Source: Anaeromyxobacter sp. RBG_16_69_14 (lineage in GTDB: Bacteria; Myxococcota; Myxococcia; Myxococcales; Anaeromyxobacteraceae). From it: a stretch of DNA of 39,768 nucleotides. This document shows, one piece after another, positions 39,709 to 39,768 of the stretch. A program made the position numbers and the translations under genes. The notes beneath the pieces were generated by a model, which worked only from the letters and a program-made list of their open reading frames with translations, did not search any database and was not told the origin of the DNA. Location: NCBI GenBank assembly GCA_001768075.1, contig MEMX01000070.1, positions 174,637 through 214,404 of the forward strand, written 5' to 3'. How positions within the stretch are numbered: the first letter of the stretch is position 1; each line of letters begins with the position of its first letter.

Positions 39709-39768
39709 CGCTTCCGAGGTGAGTCCGAGTGATTTCCGGGCCCGTTGCGCTTCGCGCAGCGGGCCCTC
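39709..39768 (-). repeat. Second copy (truncated by the window edge) of the 3.4-kb hairpin element
   Basis: Reverse complement gagggcccgctgcgcgaagcgcaacgggcccggaaatcactcggactcacctcggaagcg matches 3400-3460. Confidence 0.88.

Overview
High-GC bacterial chromosome window whose gene content and style look like Myxococcota (Anaeromyxobacter-like; an inference). The conserved backbone is: a partial IscA/HesB gene, an SDR, PduO, an ATP-grasp ligase, a REC-GGDEF / hybrid kinase / sigma54 activator cluster, rarA, nadK, recN, PP2C, an M23 peptidase, secA, a CBS protein, a DNA glycosylase, an acyl-CoA dehydrogenase, tsaA, an AI-2E transporter (frameshifted), an FAD oxidoreductase, PfpI and a LysM-M23 lipoprotein. 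Three accessory blocks interrupt it. (1) 19.6-22.3 kb: an AraC regulator, a lipoprotein hydrolase, a nitronate-monooxygenase fragment and an IS-end remnant. (2) 24.3-29.0 kb: a self-contained chaperone operon of GrpE-like, short-lid Hsp70, a 682-aa unknown helical protein ending in a QxxLF motif, and a mini J-domain protein with HPP instead of HPD. (3) 34.1-37.9 kb: a cassette bounded by two diverged ~125-bp direct repeats. It carries a ~945-aa triple copper enzyme (two-domain small laccase, an inserted circularly permuted cupredoxin, and a galactose-oxidase-type copper radical oxidase) and a vanadium-haloperoxidase-like relic. Blocks 3 and 2 are the best candidates for undescribed systems. 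REP/MITE-like palindromic repeats occur between genes, and tandem-repeat inserts sit in frame inside the ATP-grasp gene and recN. No tRNA, rRNA or CRISPR array was recognised. All family calls come from motifs read by eye, not from database searches.
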